NCBI GenBank assembly: GCA_035484815.1
Contig: DATHOO010000046.1
Location: forward strand, 3,850-67,849
Length of the DNA: 64,000 nucleotides
From: Candidatus Acidiferrales bacterium
GTDB lineage: Bacteria; Vulcanimicrobiota; Vulcanimicrobiia; Vulcanimicrobiales; Vulcanimicrobiaceae
Reading direction: 5' to 3'
Positions 7,571 to 15,673 of the stretch are shown here, piece after piece; positions within the stretch are counted from its first letter, which is position 1; each line of letters starts with the position of its first letter. Made by a program: the position numbers and the translations under genes. The notes below the pieces were generated by a model, which saw only the letters and a list, made by a program, of their open reading frames with translations, was not told the DNA's origin and searched no databases.

Positions 7571-8705
7571 GCGCCGCGACCCCCGGGAGCAGCTTGCCTT
7601 CTAAATACTCCAGCGTCGCACCGCCGCCGGTCGAGACGAACGTCACTTTCGAAGCAAAACCAAGCAGATGCGCCGCCGCCGCGGCGTCGCCGCCGCCAAC
7701 GATGCTCACCGCACCGGCTGTCGTCGCCGCCGCGATCGCATCGCCGACGACCTTCGTGCCGTTGCGATACGCCGGGCGCTCGTAGACGCCCATCGGCCCA
7801 TTGAAGACGATCGTCTTTGCCGCTTCGATGATGTGTGCGTAGGCCGCCGCCGTCGCCGGCCCGATATCGAGAATCATCTCGCCGCCGACGCCGTCGATGG
7901 CGACGACGTGCGCTGCCGCCGCGTCATCGAGCGACGGCGCGACCACGGCATCGGTTGGAAGCGCGAGCCCGATTCCGCGTTGCTTCGATAGCGCCAAAAT
8001 TCGCTTTGCCGGCTCGAGATCGTCGTCGCGTAGGGATGTTCCCACGTTGATGCCCGCGGCAGCAAGCAGTGTGTTCGCCATGCCCCCGCCGACGCAAAAC
8101 GCGTCGACGAGCTCGGCAAGTCGCTCCAACAGCGCGATTTTGTCTTTGATCTTGGCGCCACCGATCGCGCAGACGAATGGTTTGCGGGGATTTTCAACGA
8201 GACGAGCGAGCGCGGATAGCTCCGCTTCCATCAAAAACCCCGCGGCGCTGGGCAGCAGATGCGCGAGCGCCTCGGTTGAAGCGTGCGCACGATGCGCGGT
8301 CGCAAACGCATCGTTCACGTAGAGATCCCCGAGCTTTGCAAGCCGGCGCGCGAAAGCCGGATCGTTGTGCTCTTCCTCGGGGTGAAACCGCACGTTTTCG
8401 AGCAAGAGCACGTCCCCGTCGTGCATGTCCCCAACGGCCCGCTCGGCAGCCTCGCCGATGCTGTCGTCGGCGAACCCGACACCAATGCCGAGGCGGCCGG
8501 CGAGGGCCTGCGCCACGGGCCACAGCGAAAGGCGCGGATTCGGCTTGCCGTCGGGACGACCAAGGTGCGAGAGGACGACGGTGCGCGCACCGTGCTCATG
8601 CAGCCAACGCAGCGTCGGCAGAGCCGCGTCGATGCGTGCGAAGTCGCCGATTTCCACCGCGCCGTTCTCTCCAACCAGCGGCACGTTGAGGTCTTCGCGC
8701 ACCAA
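7560..8705 (-). CDS. pgk: Phosphoglycerate kinase
   Basis: 381 aa from TTG 8705. The upstream in-frame sequence encodes the missing conserved N-terminus (FKRLADLDVAGKRVLV-REDLNVP), so the probable start is CTG 8756..8754 (see findings). Confidence 0.93.
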   Translation of the reverse strand: MVREDLNVPLVGENGAVEIGDFARIDAALPTLRWLHEHGARTVVLSHLGRPDGKPNPRLSLWPVAQALAGRLGIGVGFADDSIGEAAERAVGDMHDGDVLLLENVRFHPEEEHNDPAFARRLAKLGDLYVNDAFATAHRAHASTEALAHLLPSAAGFLMEAELSALARLVENPRKPFVCAIGGAKIKDKIALLERLAELVDAFCVGGGMANTLLAAAGINVGTSLRDDDLEPAKRILALSKQRGIGLALPTDAVVAPSLDDAAAAHVVAIDGVGGEMILDIGPATAAAYAHIIEAAKTIVFNGPMGVYERPAYRNGTKVVGDAIAAATTAGAVSIVGGGDAAAAAHLLGFASKVTFVSTGGGATLEYLEGKLLPGVAALEH

Positions 8706-8742
8706 GACTCGCTTGCCGGCAACGTCGAGGTCGGCAAGCCGC

Positions 8743-9756
8743 TTAAACGTTTGCAGGAAGCTTCGCCAGGACCATCTCGGTCAGCTCAGCCAGCCGACAC
8801 GAATAGCCCCACTCGTTATCGTACCAGGCCGCTATCTGCACGAGATCTCCGTTCGCGTTGGTAAGCTTGGCATCGACGATCGAGCTGTGGGGATTCTTCT
8901 TAAAGTCGCTCGAGACCAACTCTTCCTCGGTATAGGCGACGTACTTACGGAGCTCGCCGTCCGCGGCGCCGCGAAGAATGGCATTAAGCTCGTCCTTCGT
9001 CGTGGGGCGTTTGGTCTGCGCCACCAAATAAATCATCGAGACCGTCGGCGTGGGGACGCGCAGCGAAAAGCCGTCGAACGTCCCTTCCACTTGCGGAATC
9101 GTGAGGTAAAGCGCTTTAGCGGCGCCCGTTGAGGTCGGAATGATGTTGGTGGCGGCGTTGCGTGCGCGGCGCGGGTCCCGGTGCGGTCCGTCGAGGACGT
9201 TTTGATCGTTGGTGTACGAGTGGATCGTCGTCATGAAGCCTTTCACCCAACCGAGCTGATCGACGACCGGCTTTACGGCCGTAGCCAAGCAGTTGGTGGT
9301 GCAGGAAGCATTCGAAATGACGTGATGTTTGGCCGGATCGTAGCAATCGTCATTGACGCCCAAGACGATGGTAACGTCTTCGCCGCTGGCCGGTGCGGAA
9401 ATGATGACTTTTTTTGCTCCGCCGCTGTCGATGTGGACGCGCGCCTTCGAGGCATCGGTAAAGAGGCCGGTCGACTCGACCACGACGTCGACCCCGAGGT
9501 CCTTCCACGGCAGCTTCGCCGGATCGCGTTCGGTGAAGACACGAATTTTCTGGCGATCGATCGTTAGGGTCCCATCGCCGGCCTCAACGTTGCCCTCGTA
9601 GATGCCGTAGTTGCTGTCGTACTTGAAGAGGTGCGCGGACTGCCGCGCGCCGATGAGATCGTTGATTGCGGCGATCTCAATGGTCGGATGCCGTTCGACG
9701 ATCGCCTTGGTGAAGTTCCGTCCGATGCGGCCGAAGCCGTTGATCCCAATGCGCAT
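8743..9756 (-). CDS. gap: Type I glyceraldehyde-3-phosphate dehydrogenase
   Basis: 337 aa. MRIGINGFGRIGRN N-terminus and the active-site SNASCTTNCLA. Confidence 0.95.
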   Translation of the reverse strand: MRIGINGFGRIGRNFTKAIVERHPTIEIAAINDLIGARQSAHLFKYDSNYGIYEGNVEAGDGTLTIDRQKIRVFTERDPAKLPWKDLGVDVVVESTGLFTDASKARVHIDSGGAKKVIISAPASGEDVTIVLGVNDDCYDPAKHHVISNASCTTNCLATAVKPVVDQLGWVKGFMTTIHSYTNDQNVLDGPHRDPRRARNAATNIIPTSTGAAKALYLTIPQVEGTFDGFSLRVPTPTVSMIYLVAQTKRPTTKDELNAILRGAADGELRKYVAYTEEELVSSDFKKNPHSSIVDAKLTNANGDLVQIAAWYDNEWGYSCRLAELTEMVLAKLPANV

Positions 9757-9764
9757 GAGCGCGT

Positions 9765-10631
9765 TTACCGGGCGGCTTTCGCGCTCACCTGCCCACCACG
9801 AAGCTGATCGGCGAGCCGCGCCAAGGCACCCAGCCGGCTGCTGACCGTGGGTTTCGCGATCGGCGGATTACAGCGGCGCCCGAGTTCCATGAGCGACTCG
9901 TCGGGATGTTTGAGCCGAAGCTCGGCAACTTCGCGCAACGCAGGCGTCAGCCGTACCAGGCCGTAGACGCTGCGCAGAAACTCGATAACGCGGCGCTGTT
10001 CGGCGGCGGCCTGGGCGGTGCGCTCGAGGTTCGCCGCCTCCGTGTTGACCAGACGGTGGATGCGGTTCTTCGTTTCGCGCAGCGCCCGCACGTCTTCGAG
10101 TTGCAGCACTGCGCCGAAAGCGCCGATGAGCGTCAATAGCTCGGCGATCGCGTCGAAATCTTTGTAGTAGAGTACGAGCCGCGCTTTCCGGCGCGTCGCT
10201 TTGGGCGGTACGCCGGCGCTGCGCAGCATCCACTTCAAACGCTGCGCCACCTCATCGCTGCGCGTGACGAACTCCAGATGGTAACCGTGAGCGCCGGCGG
10301 CAAGCGAGCCGCACGCCAAAAACGCCGCGCGGATCTCGATTAAGCGGTCGCACTTGCGCGCCGGCTTTGCCGGCACCGCTCGCAGCTGTTCGGGAAGGTC
10401 TATCGCGAAGGTCGGCAGGCGTTGCAAACGCGTCGGCGCGCGCGTTCCGATCGGGTGCGATTTGCGCTCTTCCAATAGTGACCAGAAGAGCCGCGCGACG
10501 GCGTTGCGATGCGTAACGAACGCACCGCGCGAACTTCCGTAAAGCGCGAGCCCGGCGAGGAGTGCTTCGCGGCAGTGGATTTCGGCGGGGAGCTCGCGCG
10601 CGAGCGCGTCCTTCGTGTCGGCGGAGATCAT
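9765..10631 (-). CDS. whiA: DNA-binding protein WhiA
   Basis: 288 aa. LAGLIDADG-like N-terminal part (CREALLAGLALYGS) and a C-terminal HTH (LRLKHPDESLMELGRRCNPPIAKPTVSSRLGALARLA). Sits upstream of gap-pgk-tpi, as in Actinobacteria and Firmicutes. Confidence 0.85.
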   Translation of the reverse strand: MISADTKDALARELPAEIHCREALLAGLALYGSSRGAFVTHRNAVARLFWSLLEERKSHPIGTRAPTRLQRLPTFAIDLPEQLRAVPAKPARKCDRLIEIRAAFLACGSLAAGAHGYHLEFVTRSDEVAQRLKWMLRSAGVPPKATRRKARLVLYYKDFDAIAELLTLIGAFGAVLQLEDVRALRETKNRIHRLVNTEAANLERTAQAAAEQRRVIEFLRSVYGLVRLTPALREVAELRLKHPDESLMELGRRCNPPIAKPTVSSRLGALARLADQLRGGQVSAKAAR

Positions 10632-10915
10632 ATCCAGTCGCCTTCGTCCTTGCGCGATTCCAGAATTTCGTAGAGGTCGGCCGCTTTAACGCTCGGGGTC
10701 ACGCGCAAGGGCACGTCGCGCACGCGCACGGTAACGAATTTTGTCGCGTAGTGAATCTCGAGCTCGTCGCCCGGTTTCACCTGGTATCCCGGCTTGAGCG
10801 GCTTGCCGTCCTTGGTGATCCGCCCGTGTTCCAGCGCCTCGTGCGCCTCGCTGCGCCGCTTCGCCAACCGCGAGACCTTCATAAATTTATCAAGCCGCAC
10901 AATTTGCGGGTTCAA
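10628..10915 (-). CDS. rqcP: S4-domain RNA-binding protein, YabO/RqcP-like
   Basis: 95 aa. VRLDKFMKVSRLAKRRSEAHEALEHGRITKDGKPLKPGYQVKPGDELEI closely resembles B. subtilis YabO. ATGA overlap with the whiA start. Confidence 0.6.
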   Translation of the reverse strand: MNPQIVRLDKFMKVSRLAKRRSEAHEALEHGRITKDGKPLKPGYQVKPGDELEIHYATKFVTVRVRDVPLRVTPSVKAADLYEILESRKDEGDWI

Positions 10916-10964
10916 CGTCTGGGTCGCGGCCTCCGATGCGGTCGAACGCTGCGGCTCTCGAGTA

Positions 10965-10994
10965 TTGACAGTATCGCGATATATCGAATACTAT
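10965..10994 (+). promoter_or_regulatory. Candidate sigma-70 promoter of the padR-MATE operon
   Basis: TTGACA (10965-10970), an 18-nt spacer, then TACTAT (10989-10994). AGGAGA at 11005-11010 and ATG at 11017. The spacer holds the perfect palindrome TATCGCGATA (10972-10981) and further TATCG/CGATA half-sites. Confidence 0.45.
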
Positions 10995-11016
10995 TGCGAT
11001 CGATAGGAGAGTAGAA

Positions 11017-11541
11017 ATGGATATCGGTTTTTGGGGGGATCCCCGCTCGGGCGGCTGGTGGCGCGGCGAACGGCATCATCACCGGGGGATGCGCCGCATG
11101 CGGCGGGGCGTTCTCAAGATTGCCTTGCTGAAGCTGCTGGCAGAGGTCCCGCGCCACGGCTACGATTTGATCCGCGAGGTTCGCGAGAAGGGCTGGGGCG
11201 GGGGCGCCGGCTCGGTCTACCCGCTCCTCCAGGCGCTCGAAGCCGCGGGGCTCATCGCGGGGCGTGAGGAGGGCGATCGGCGCATCTACCAGATCACCGA
11301 GGAGGGACGCCGGCTGCTCGGCGAGCGCGCGGCGGAGTTCGAGCGCTTCCTCAACGACGAAGGCGACGCGCAAGAAGAGGCCGCGCAAGGCTCTGCGGCG
11401 CAGTTACGCGATTCCGCGCGGCGTCTGATGCAAGCGATTACGCAGCTGGGCCCATCTTCGAAGGGCGAAACCATCGAGCGGGCTCGCGAGCTGCTCGACG
11501 AGACGCGCAAAGAAATCTATCAGCTCTTAGCCAAGGAGTAA
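11017..11541 (+). CDS. PadR-family transcriptional regulator
   Basis: 174 aa. LKIALLKLLAEVPRHGYDLIREVREKGWGGGAGSVYPLLQALEAAGLIAGREEGDRRIYQITEEGR is the PadR winged helix. An internal ATG start is also possible. Confidence 0.85.
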   Translation: MDIGFWGDPRSGGWWRGERHHHRGMRRMRRGVLKIALLKLLAEVPRHGYDLIREVREKGWGGGAGSVYPLLQALEAAGLIAGREEGDRRIYQITEEGRRLLGERAAEFERFLNDEGDAQEEAAQGSAAQLRDSARRLMQAITQLGPSSKGETIERARELLDETRKEIYQLLAKE

Positions 11542-11542
11542 C

Positions 11543-12934
11543 ATGGCGCAGGCTCAGGCGGCGCGCCGCCATGGAGTCAACGTATTCGAGGAGGGAAAGC
11601 CGATGTGGCAGATCCTCCTCGTCTTTCTCGTGCCGCTGATGCTGAGCAACGTCTTGCAGTCGGCATCGCAGACGATGGCGAGCATCTGGATCGGCCGATT
11701 GATCTCGACGCAGGCGCTCGGCGCGGTCTCGGCCGTCTTCCCAATCATCTTTCTCTTGTTCTCGTTCGTCTTCGGCGTTTCGAGCGGCAGCAGCGTGCTC
11801 ATCGGTCAGGCCTTCGGCGCACACGACCATCACAAGGTCAAGAAGATCGCGGGCACGGTGCTCGGCGCGGCGCTCTACCTCGGCATCATCGTCGCTATCG
11901 TCGGGTCGCTCGGCTCGACGACGATGCTGGCGTGGTTGGCGACGCCGCCCGACATCATCGCTCAGGCCGACGCGTACGCGCGCGTGATCTTCTTGACGAT
12001 GCCCGTCTTTTTCGTCTACTTCGTGTACGCGACGATCCTGCGCGGGACGGGCGACTCGACGACACCGTTTTACGCACTCATCGTTTCGGCGGTGCTCGCG
12101 ATCCTCATCACGCCGCTCTTTATCGTCGGCGTCTTCGGGTTACCGAAGCTCGGCGTCGTGAGTGCAGCGGTCGCCGGCGTCATCGCCAACTCGGCAGCGC
12201 TCGCGTGGCTGATCTATTACCTCCACCGCCACGACCACCCGTTGAAGTTCGATCGCGAGACGCTGAGCGATATGCGCATCGACTGGAGTATCCTCAAAGC
12301 CGTGGTTCGGATCGGCGTGCCGACGGGCATTCAGGTCATGATGGTCTCGCTGGCCGAGATCGCCGTCATTTCGTTCGTCAACCGTTTCGGTTCGAGTGCC
12401 ACGGCGGCCTACGGGGCGGTTAACCAGGTCATCGGTTACGTGCAGTTTCCCGCGATCTCGATCGGCATCGCGGCTTCGATCTTCGGTGCACAGTGCATCG
12501 GTGCGCGCCGGGAAGACAAGCTCGGCAGCGTTATTCGCTCGGCCGTTGGCCTGAACTACGTCGTCGGCGGCATCCTCATCGGACTTTGCTACATCTTTGC
12601 GTGGGTGATTTTGGGGTGGTTCATTACCGATTCAAACACGCTGCAGATCGCTCACGGACTGCTGATGATCACCCTCTGGAGCTATCTGCTCTTCGGCAAT
12701 TCGGCCGTGCTAAGCGGCGTCATGCGCGGCAGTGGCGTGGTGCTTTGGCCGACGATCAACAGCATCTTTGCGATTTGGGCGGTCGAGGTTCCGGCCGCGT
12801 ACATCTTGATGCACCACTTCGGACTGAAAGGCGTTTGGCTCGGCTATCCCATCGCCTATTGCGTCGTCCTCACGCTGCAGTACTGCTACTACGAGTTCGT
12901 CTGGAAGCGCAAGACGCACGAACGTCTCGTCTAA
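11543..12934 (+). CDS. MATE-family efflux transporter
   Basis: 463 aa with about 12 TM segments. VPLMLSNVLQSASQTMASIWIGRL and a MatE repeat architecture. Starts 1 nt after padR. Confidence 0.88.
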   Translation: MAQAQAARRHGVNVFEEGKPMWQILLVFLVPLMLSNVLQSASQTMASIWIGRLISTQALGAVSAVFPIIFLLFSFVFGVSSGSSVLIGQAFGAHDHHKVKKIAGTVLGAALYLGIIVAIVGSLGSTTMLAWLATPPDIIAQADAYARVIFLTMPVFFVYFVYATILRGTGDSTTPFYALIVSAVLAILITPLFIVGVFGLPKLGVVSAAVAGVIANSAALAWLIYYLHRHDHPLKFDRETLSDMRIDWSILKAVVRIGVPTGIQVMMVSLAEIAVISFVNRFGSSATAAYGAVNQVIGYVQFPAISIGIAASIFGAQCIGARREDKLGSVIRSAVGLNYVVGGILIGLCYIFAWVILGWFITDSNTLQIAHGLLMITLWSYLLFGNSAVLSGVMRGSGVVLWPTINSIFAIWAVEVPAAYILMHHFGLKGVWLGYPIAYCVVLTLQYCYYEFVWKRKTHERLV

Positions 12935-13348
12935 TCAGATTCCGGTGATGGTCCGGCGTCTCTTATCTTTTGGAGTAACGCACGTGCCGCTTGCGCGGCA
13001 GACCACGAGGGCCGGATCGAGCGCGTCGGCGGCGCTTTCGCCGATGTCGGGCCGCGCGGCGATGACTTTGCGAGCTTCGAACTCCATGCGTCGTGAGCTC
13101 CTGCCCACCTTGACGATGCGGCCCTCGGCTTCGATGTAGTCGCCGGCATAAGTGGGTGCGAGAAACCGAATCTCATCGTAGGCGGCAAAGAGGCCTTCAT
13201 CGCCATCCATGCGGATCAACAGCTCGGTCGCAACGTCGCCGAAGAGCGCGAGAATGCGCGCGCCATCGACAAGTCCGCCGCCATAATGTGCGTCGTGGCC
13301 GCTCATGCGGACACGCAAGGTAGCGCTCAAGCCTTCGCCAGTTGCCAT
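12935..13348 (-). CDS. Hotdog-fold protein, 3-aminobutyryl-CoA ammonia-lyase (Kal)-like
   Basis: 137 aa. [66 protein letters not shown] matches my recollection of Kal from the lysine fermentation pathway. Assignment is from memory. Confidence 0.5.
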   Translation of the reverse strand: MATGEGLSATLRVRMSGHDAHYGGGLVDGARILALFGDVATELLIRMDGDEGLFAAYDEIRFLAPTYAGDYIEAEGRIVKVGRSSRRMEFEARKVIAARPDIGESAADALDPALVVCRASGTCVTPKDKRRRTITGI

Positions 13349-14517
13349 AGCTCCTCAAGTTCGTCGGTGTCGAGATCGGAGATGCTCTTCCCGTCCGCGG
13401 CGGCATGCGCTTCCATAAAGGCGAAGCGGCGGTAGAATTTTTCGTTCGCTTCGCGCGTCGCGGTTTCGGCGTCGATGCCGAGCGCTCGTGCCAGATTGAC
13501 CAGCGTGAAGAAAACGTCGCCCAGCTCTTCACGCACGCGCGGATCGTCTTGCGGATTGCGGCGGGCTTCGGCGAGCTCGCCCAGCTCTTCGGAGAGTTTT
13601 TCGAGCACGCCCGCAACGTTCGGCCAGTCGAAACCGACCCGCGCGGCCTTCTCCTGCATACGTTGCCCGCGCTGCAGCGCCCCGAGATGTTTTGGGATTC
13701 CGTCAAGGCGGCTTTGGCGCTCGCGGCCGGTCTTCTCGAGCGCCTTGAGGCGCTCCCAATTCCGCCATTGCGCGTCTACGTCTTCGATGACCGCATCGCC
13801 GAAAACGTGCGGATGCCGCCGCACCATCTTGTTGGAGAGCGCATCGACGACGTCGGCGATGCTGAACTTACCGACTTCGGTGGCGAGCTGCGCGTGGAAG
13901 AGCACTTGCAGCAGCAGATCGCCGAGCTCTTCGCAGAGTCCGTCGAGGTGTGAGATCTCAATCGCTTCGACGACCTCGAACGTCTCTTCGATCAAGTATG
14001 GAACGAGAGTCCGATGCGTCTGCTCGCGATCCCACGGGCATCCCATGCGCAAGCGTGCCATGATCTCGACAAGATCATCCCAGGTGTAGTGCGCGGATTG
14101 TGGCGGAAGTGGAACCAGCGGCATCGCGATCGAGGCAGAGAGCGTCGCTCGCGGCATGCCGGGAACGATCTCGCTGCCGATCGATCGCGCTTCCAATGCA
14201 CGAAGCAACGCCGGCAGGCCGGGAAAGTCCGAGAGCGGGTTTCCGAGCACGCCGAGGCCCAACACGCCGTCGGACGCACCCATTTCGGCGGCGCGCTCCA
14301 CGAAGCGCGCGATCGCTTCGCTGCCGCCGCGCACGAAGAGCGCGGGGTCGTCGACTATGGCGCGCTCGAGGCTGACGCCGTTTGCCTCGAGGTAGCTCCT
14401 CAAATCCGGCGGCGCCAGCAAGACGATCGTTTTTTTAGTCCCACGCAGCGCATCGAGGCTGCCGATGGTCAAGAGTCCGGGATCTCCCGGACCCAGACCA
14501 ACGATGCGAACAAGCAC
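13327..14517 (-). CDS. mazG: YabN-like fusion: tetrapyrrole-methylase-like domain plus MazG nucleoside triphosphate pyrophosphohydrolase
   Basis: 396 aa. N-terminus [17 protein letters not shown] (methylase superfamily). C-terminus has tandem MazG repeats ([11 protein letters not shown]..., [11 protein letters not shown]...). Same architecture as B. subtilis YabN. Confidence 0.85.
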   Translation of the reverse strand: MLVRIVGLGPGDPGLLTIGSLDALRGTKKTIVLLAPPDLRSYLEANGVSLERAIVDDPALFVRGGSEAIARFVERAAEMGASDGVLGLGVLGNPLSDFPGLPALLRALEARSIGSEIVPGMPRATLSASIAMPLVPLPPQSAHYTWDDLVEIMARLRMGCPWDREQTHRTLVPYLIEETFEVVEAIEISHLDGLCEELGDLLLQVLFHAQLATEVGKFSIADVVDALSNKMVRRHPHVFGDAVIEDVDAQWRNWERLKALEKTGRERQSRLDGIPKHLGALQRGQRMQEKAARVGFDWPNVAGVLEKLSEELGELAEARRNPQDDPRVREELGDVFFTLVNLARALGIDAETATREANEKFYRRFAFMEAHAAADGKSISDLDTDELEELWQLAKA

Positions 14518-14555
14518 GCTACGCAGTTCGGGGCCTTTTCGAGCTTGCCCCGTGA

Positions 14556-14578
14556 GAGGGGCCGCGGCGCGGCCCCTC
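14556..14578 (-). terminator. GC-rich hairpin 8 nt downstream of the prsA-like stop
   Basis: GAGGGGCCGCG-G-CGCGGCCCCTC forms 11-bp arms. On the minus strand no U-tract follows. The T-rich run (TTATTTTATT, 14581-14590) lies on the plus-strand 3' side. Confidence 0.35.
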
Positions 14579-14585
14579 GCTTATT

Positions 14586-15569
14586 TTATTGCGTAGCTGC
14601 CGGAGAAGCGGCCGCACTTGCTGCCGGACTCGCCGCCGGCGACGCGCCGGCTGGGGAAGCGGCCGCCGGAAGCGCCGGCGGGGTCGCGAAGAGACCGGCA
14701 AACTGCGGGTCGTTCACTTGAATGTTGGCCTTTTGCTGGAGTCCTTGCAAGAAGGGCTGAATCAGCGGGGCCTCTTGCTGTTGACGCAGCGTGTCGGTGA
14801 TTTGCGGCGTCGCACTGGCGAGGGTCGCCTTTTGGCCCGGCGTGCGAGACTCGACTTGAATGATGTGATAGCCGAACGGCGACTTCACCGGCTGGCTGAT
14901 CTGACCGATTGGCGCAGAGAACGCGACCTTATCGAACGCCGGCACCATCTGGCCGCGGCGGAACGAGCCGAGCTCGCCGCCCTTATCCTTGCTGGCTGGG
15001 TCGGTCGAGTACTTTTTGGCCAGGTCGGCAAAGCTCTGGCCCGCTTTGAGGTCGGCTTCGACCTGCGTGGCGAGCTGCAGATTCGGCACCAGAATATGGC
15101 GAGCCGTCACTTCTGCGGGCTTATCGAACGTACCGCGATTCTTGTTGAAGTAGTCCTGGATTTGGGCGGGCTTAATGGTTACATCTTTAGCCAGCGCCTT
15201 GTCGAGGATGATCTGCTCGCGCAGCGCGGAGCGCACGTCGGCTTCGGTTAGACCGCGCGCCTTCAGCATCTCGTCCCACGACCCGGATGGAAAGTTCGCC
15301 TTGATCTGCGTTTCTTTTGCGTCAATCTCGGCGTCGGTGACGTTGATGTTATTGTTTTTGGCGTATTGGTCGATCAGAGTCTCTTGAACCATCTGCTGCA
15401 AGACGGTGCGACCCATCGGGCTGCTCTCGAGACGCGCGTTGAAGGCGGACCGGCTGATCGGCTGGCCGTTTACCGTTGCCACGGCGTCGCCGCCCGAGCA
15501 CGCCGCCAGCGACGTGCCCATAAGAAGGGCGGCGAGGCCCACGGTGAGGCGTTGGGCTTTCGACATCAT
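14586..15569 (-). CDS. prsA: Parvulin-type peptidyl-prolyl isomerase lipoprotein (PrsA/SurA-like)
   Basis: Start moved to ATG 15569 (MMSKAQRLTVGLAALLMGTSLAACSGG, lipobox; GGAG 5 nt upstream). Parvulin core ARHILV...FSAPIGQISQPVKSPFGYHIIQV. Ala/Ser/Pro-rich C-terminal tail. The track start at 15713 would overlap mfd. Confidence 0.85.
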   Translation of the reverse strand: MMSKAQRLTVGLAALLMGTSLAACSGGDAVATVNGQPISRSAFNARLESSPMGRTVLQQMVQETLIDQYAKNNNINVTDAEIDAKETQIKANFPSGSWDEMLKARGLTEADVRSALREQIILDKALAKDVTIKPAQIQDYFNKNRGTFDKPAEVTARHILVPNLQLATQVEADLKAGQSFADLAKKYSTDPASKDKGGELGSFRRGQMVPAFDKVAFSAPIGQISQPVKSPFGYHIIQVESRTPGQKATLASATPQITDTLRQQQEAPLIQPFLQGLQQKANIQVNDPQFAGLFATPPALPAAASPAGASPAASPAASAAASPAATQ

Positions 15570-15673
15570 AGCTCCGTTAAGGAAGGTTGGAGTGCGTAGT
15601 AAGCGGGGCTCAAGGCCCCGCATAACGGCGCGTGGTTCGCGTGGAATACCCCACCTCCTCTCGCGGCTGTCAT

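Noticed and set aside
14556-14592. The hairpin plus TTATTTTATT looks like a textbook intrinsic terminator on the plus strand.
   Set aside because: No plus-strand gene ends here; both flanking genes are on the minus strand. The T-run is partly the prsA-like stop codon and its last codons read in reverse. I kept it only as a low-confidence minus-strand hairpin.
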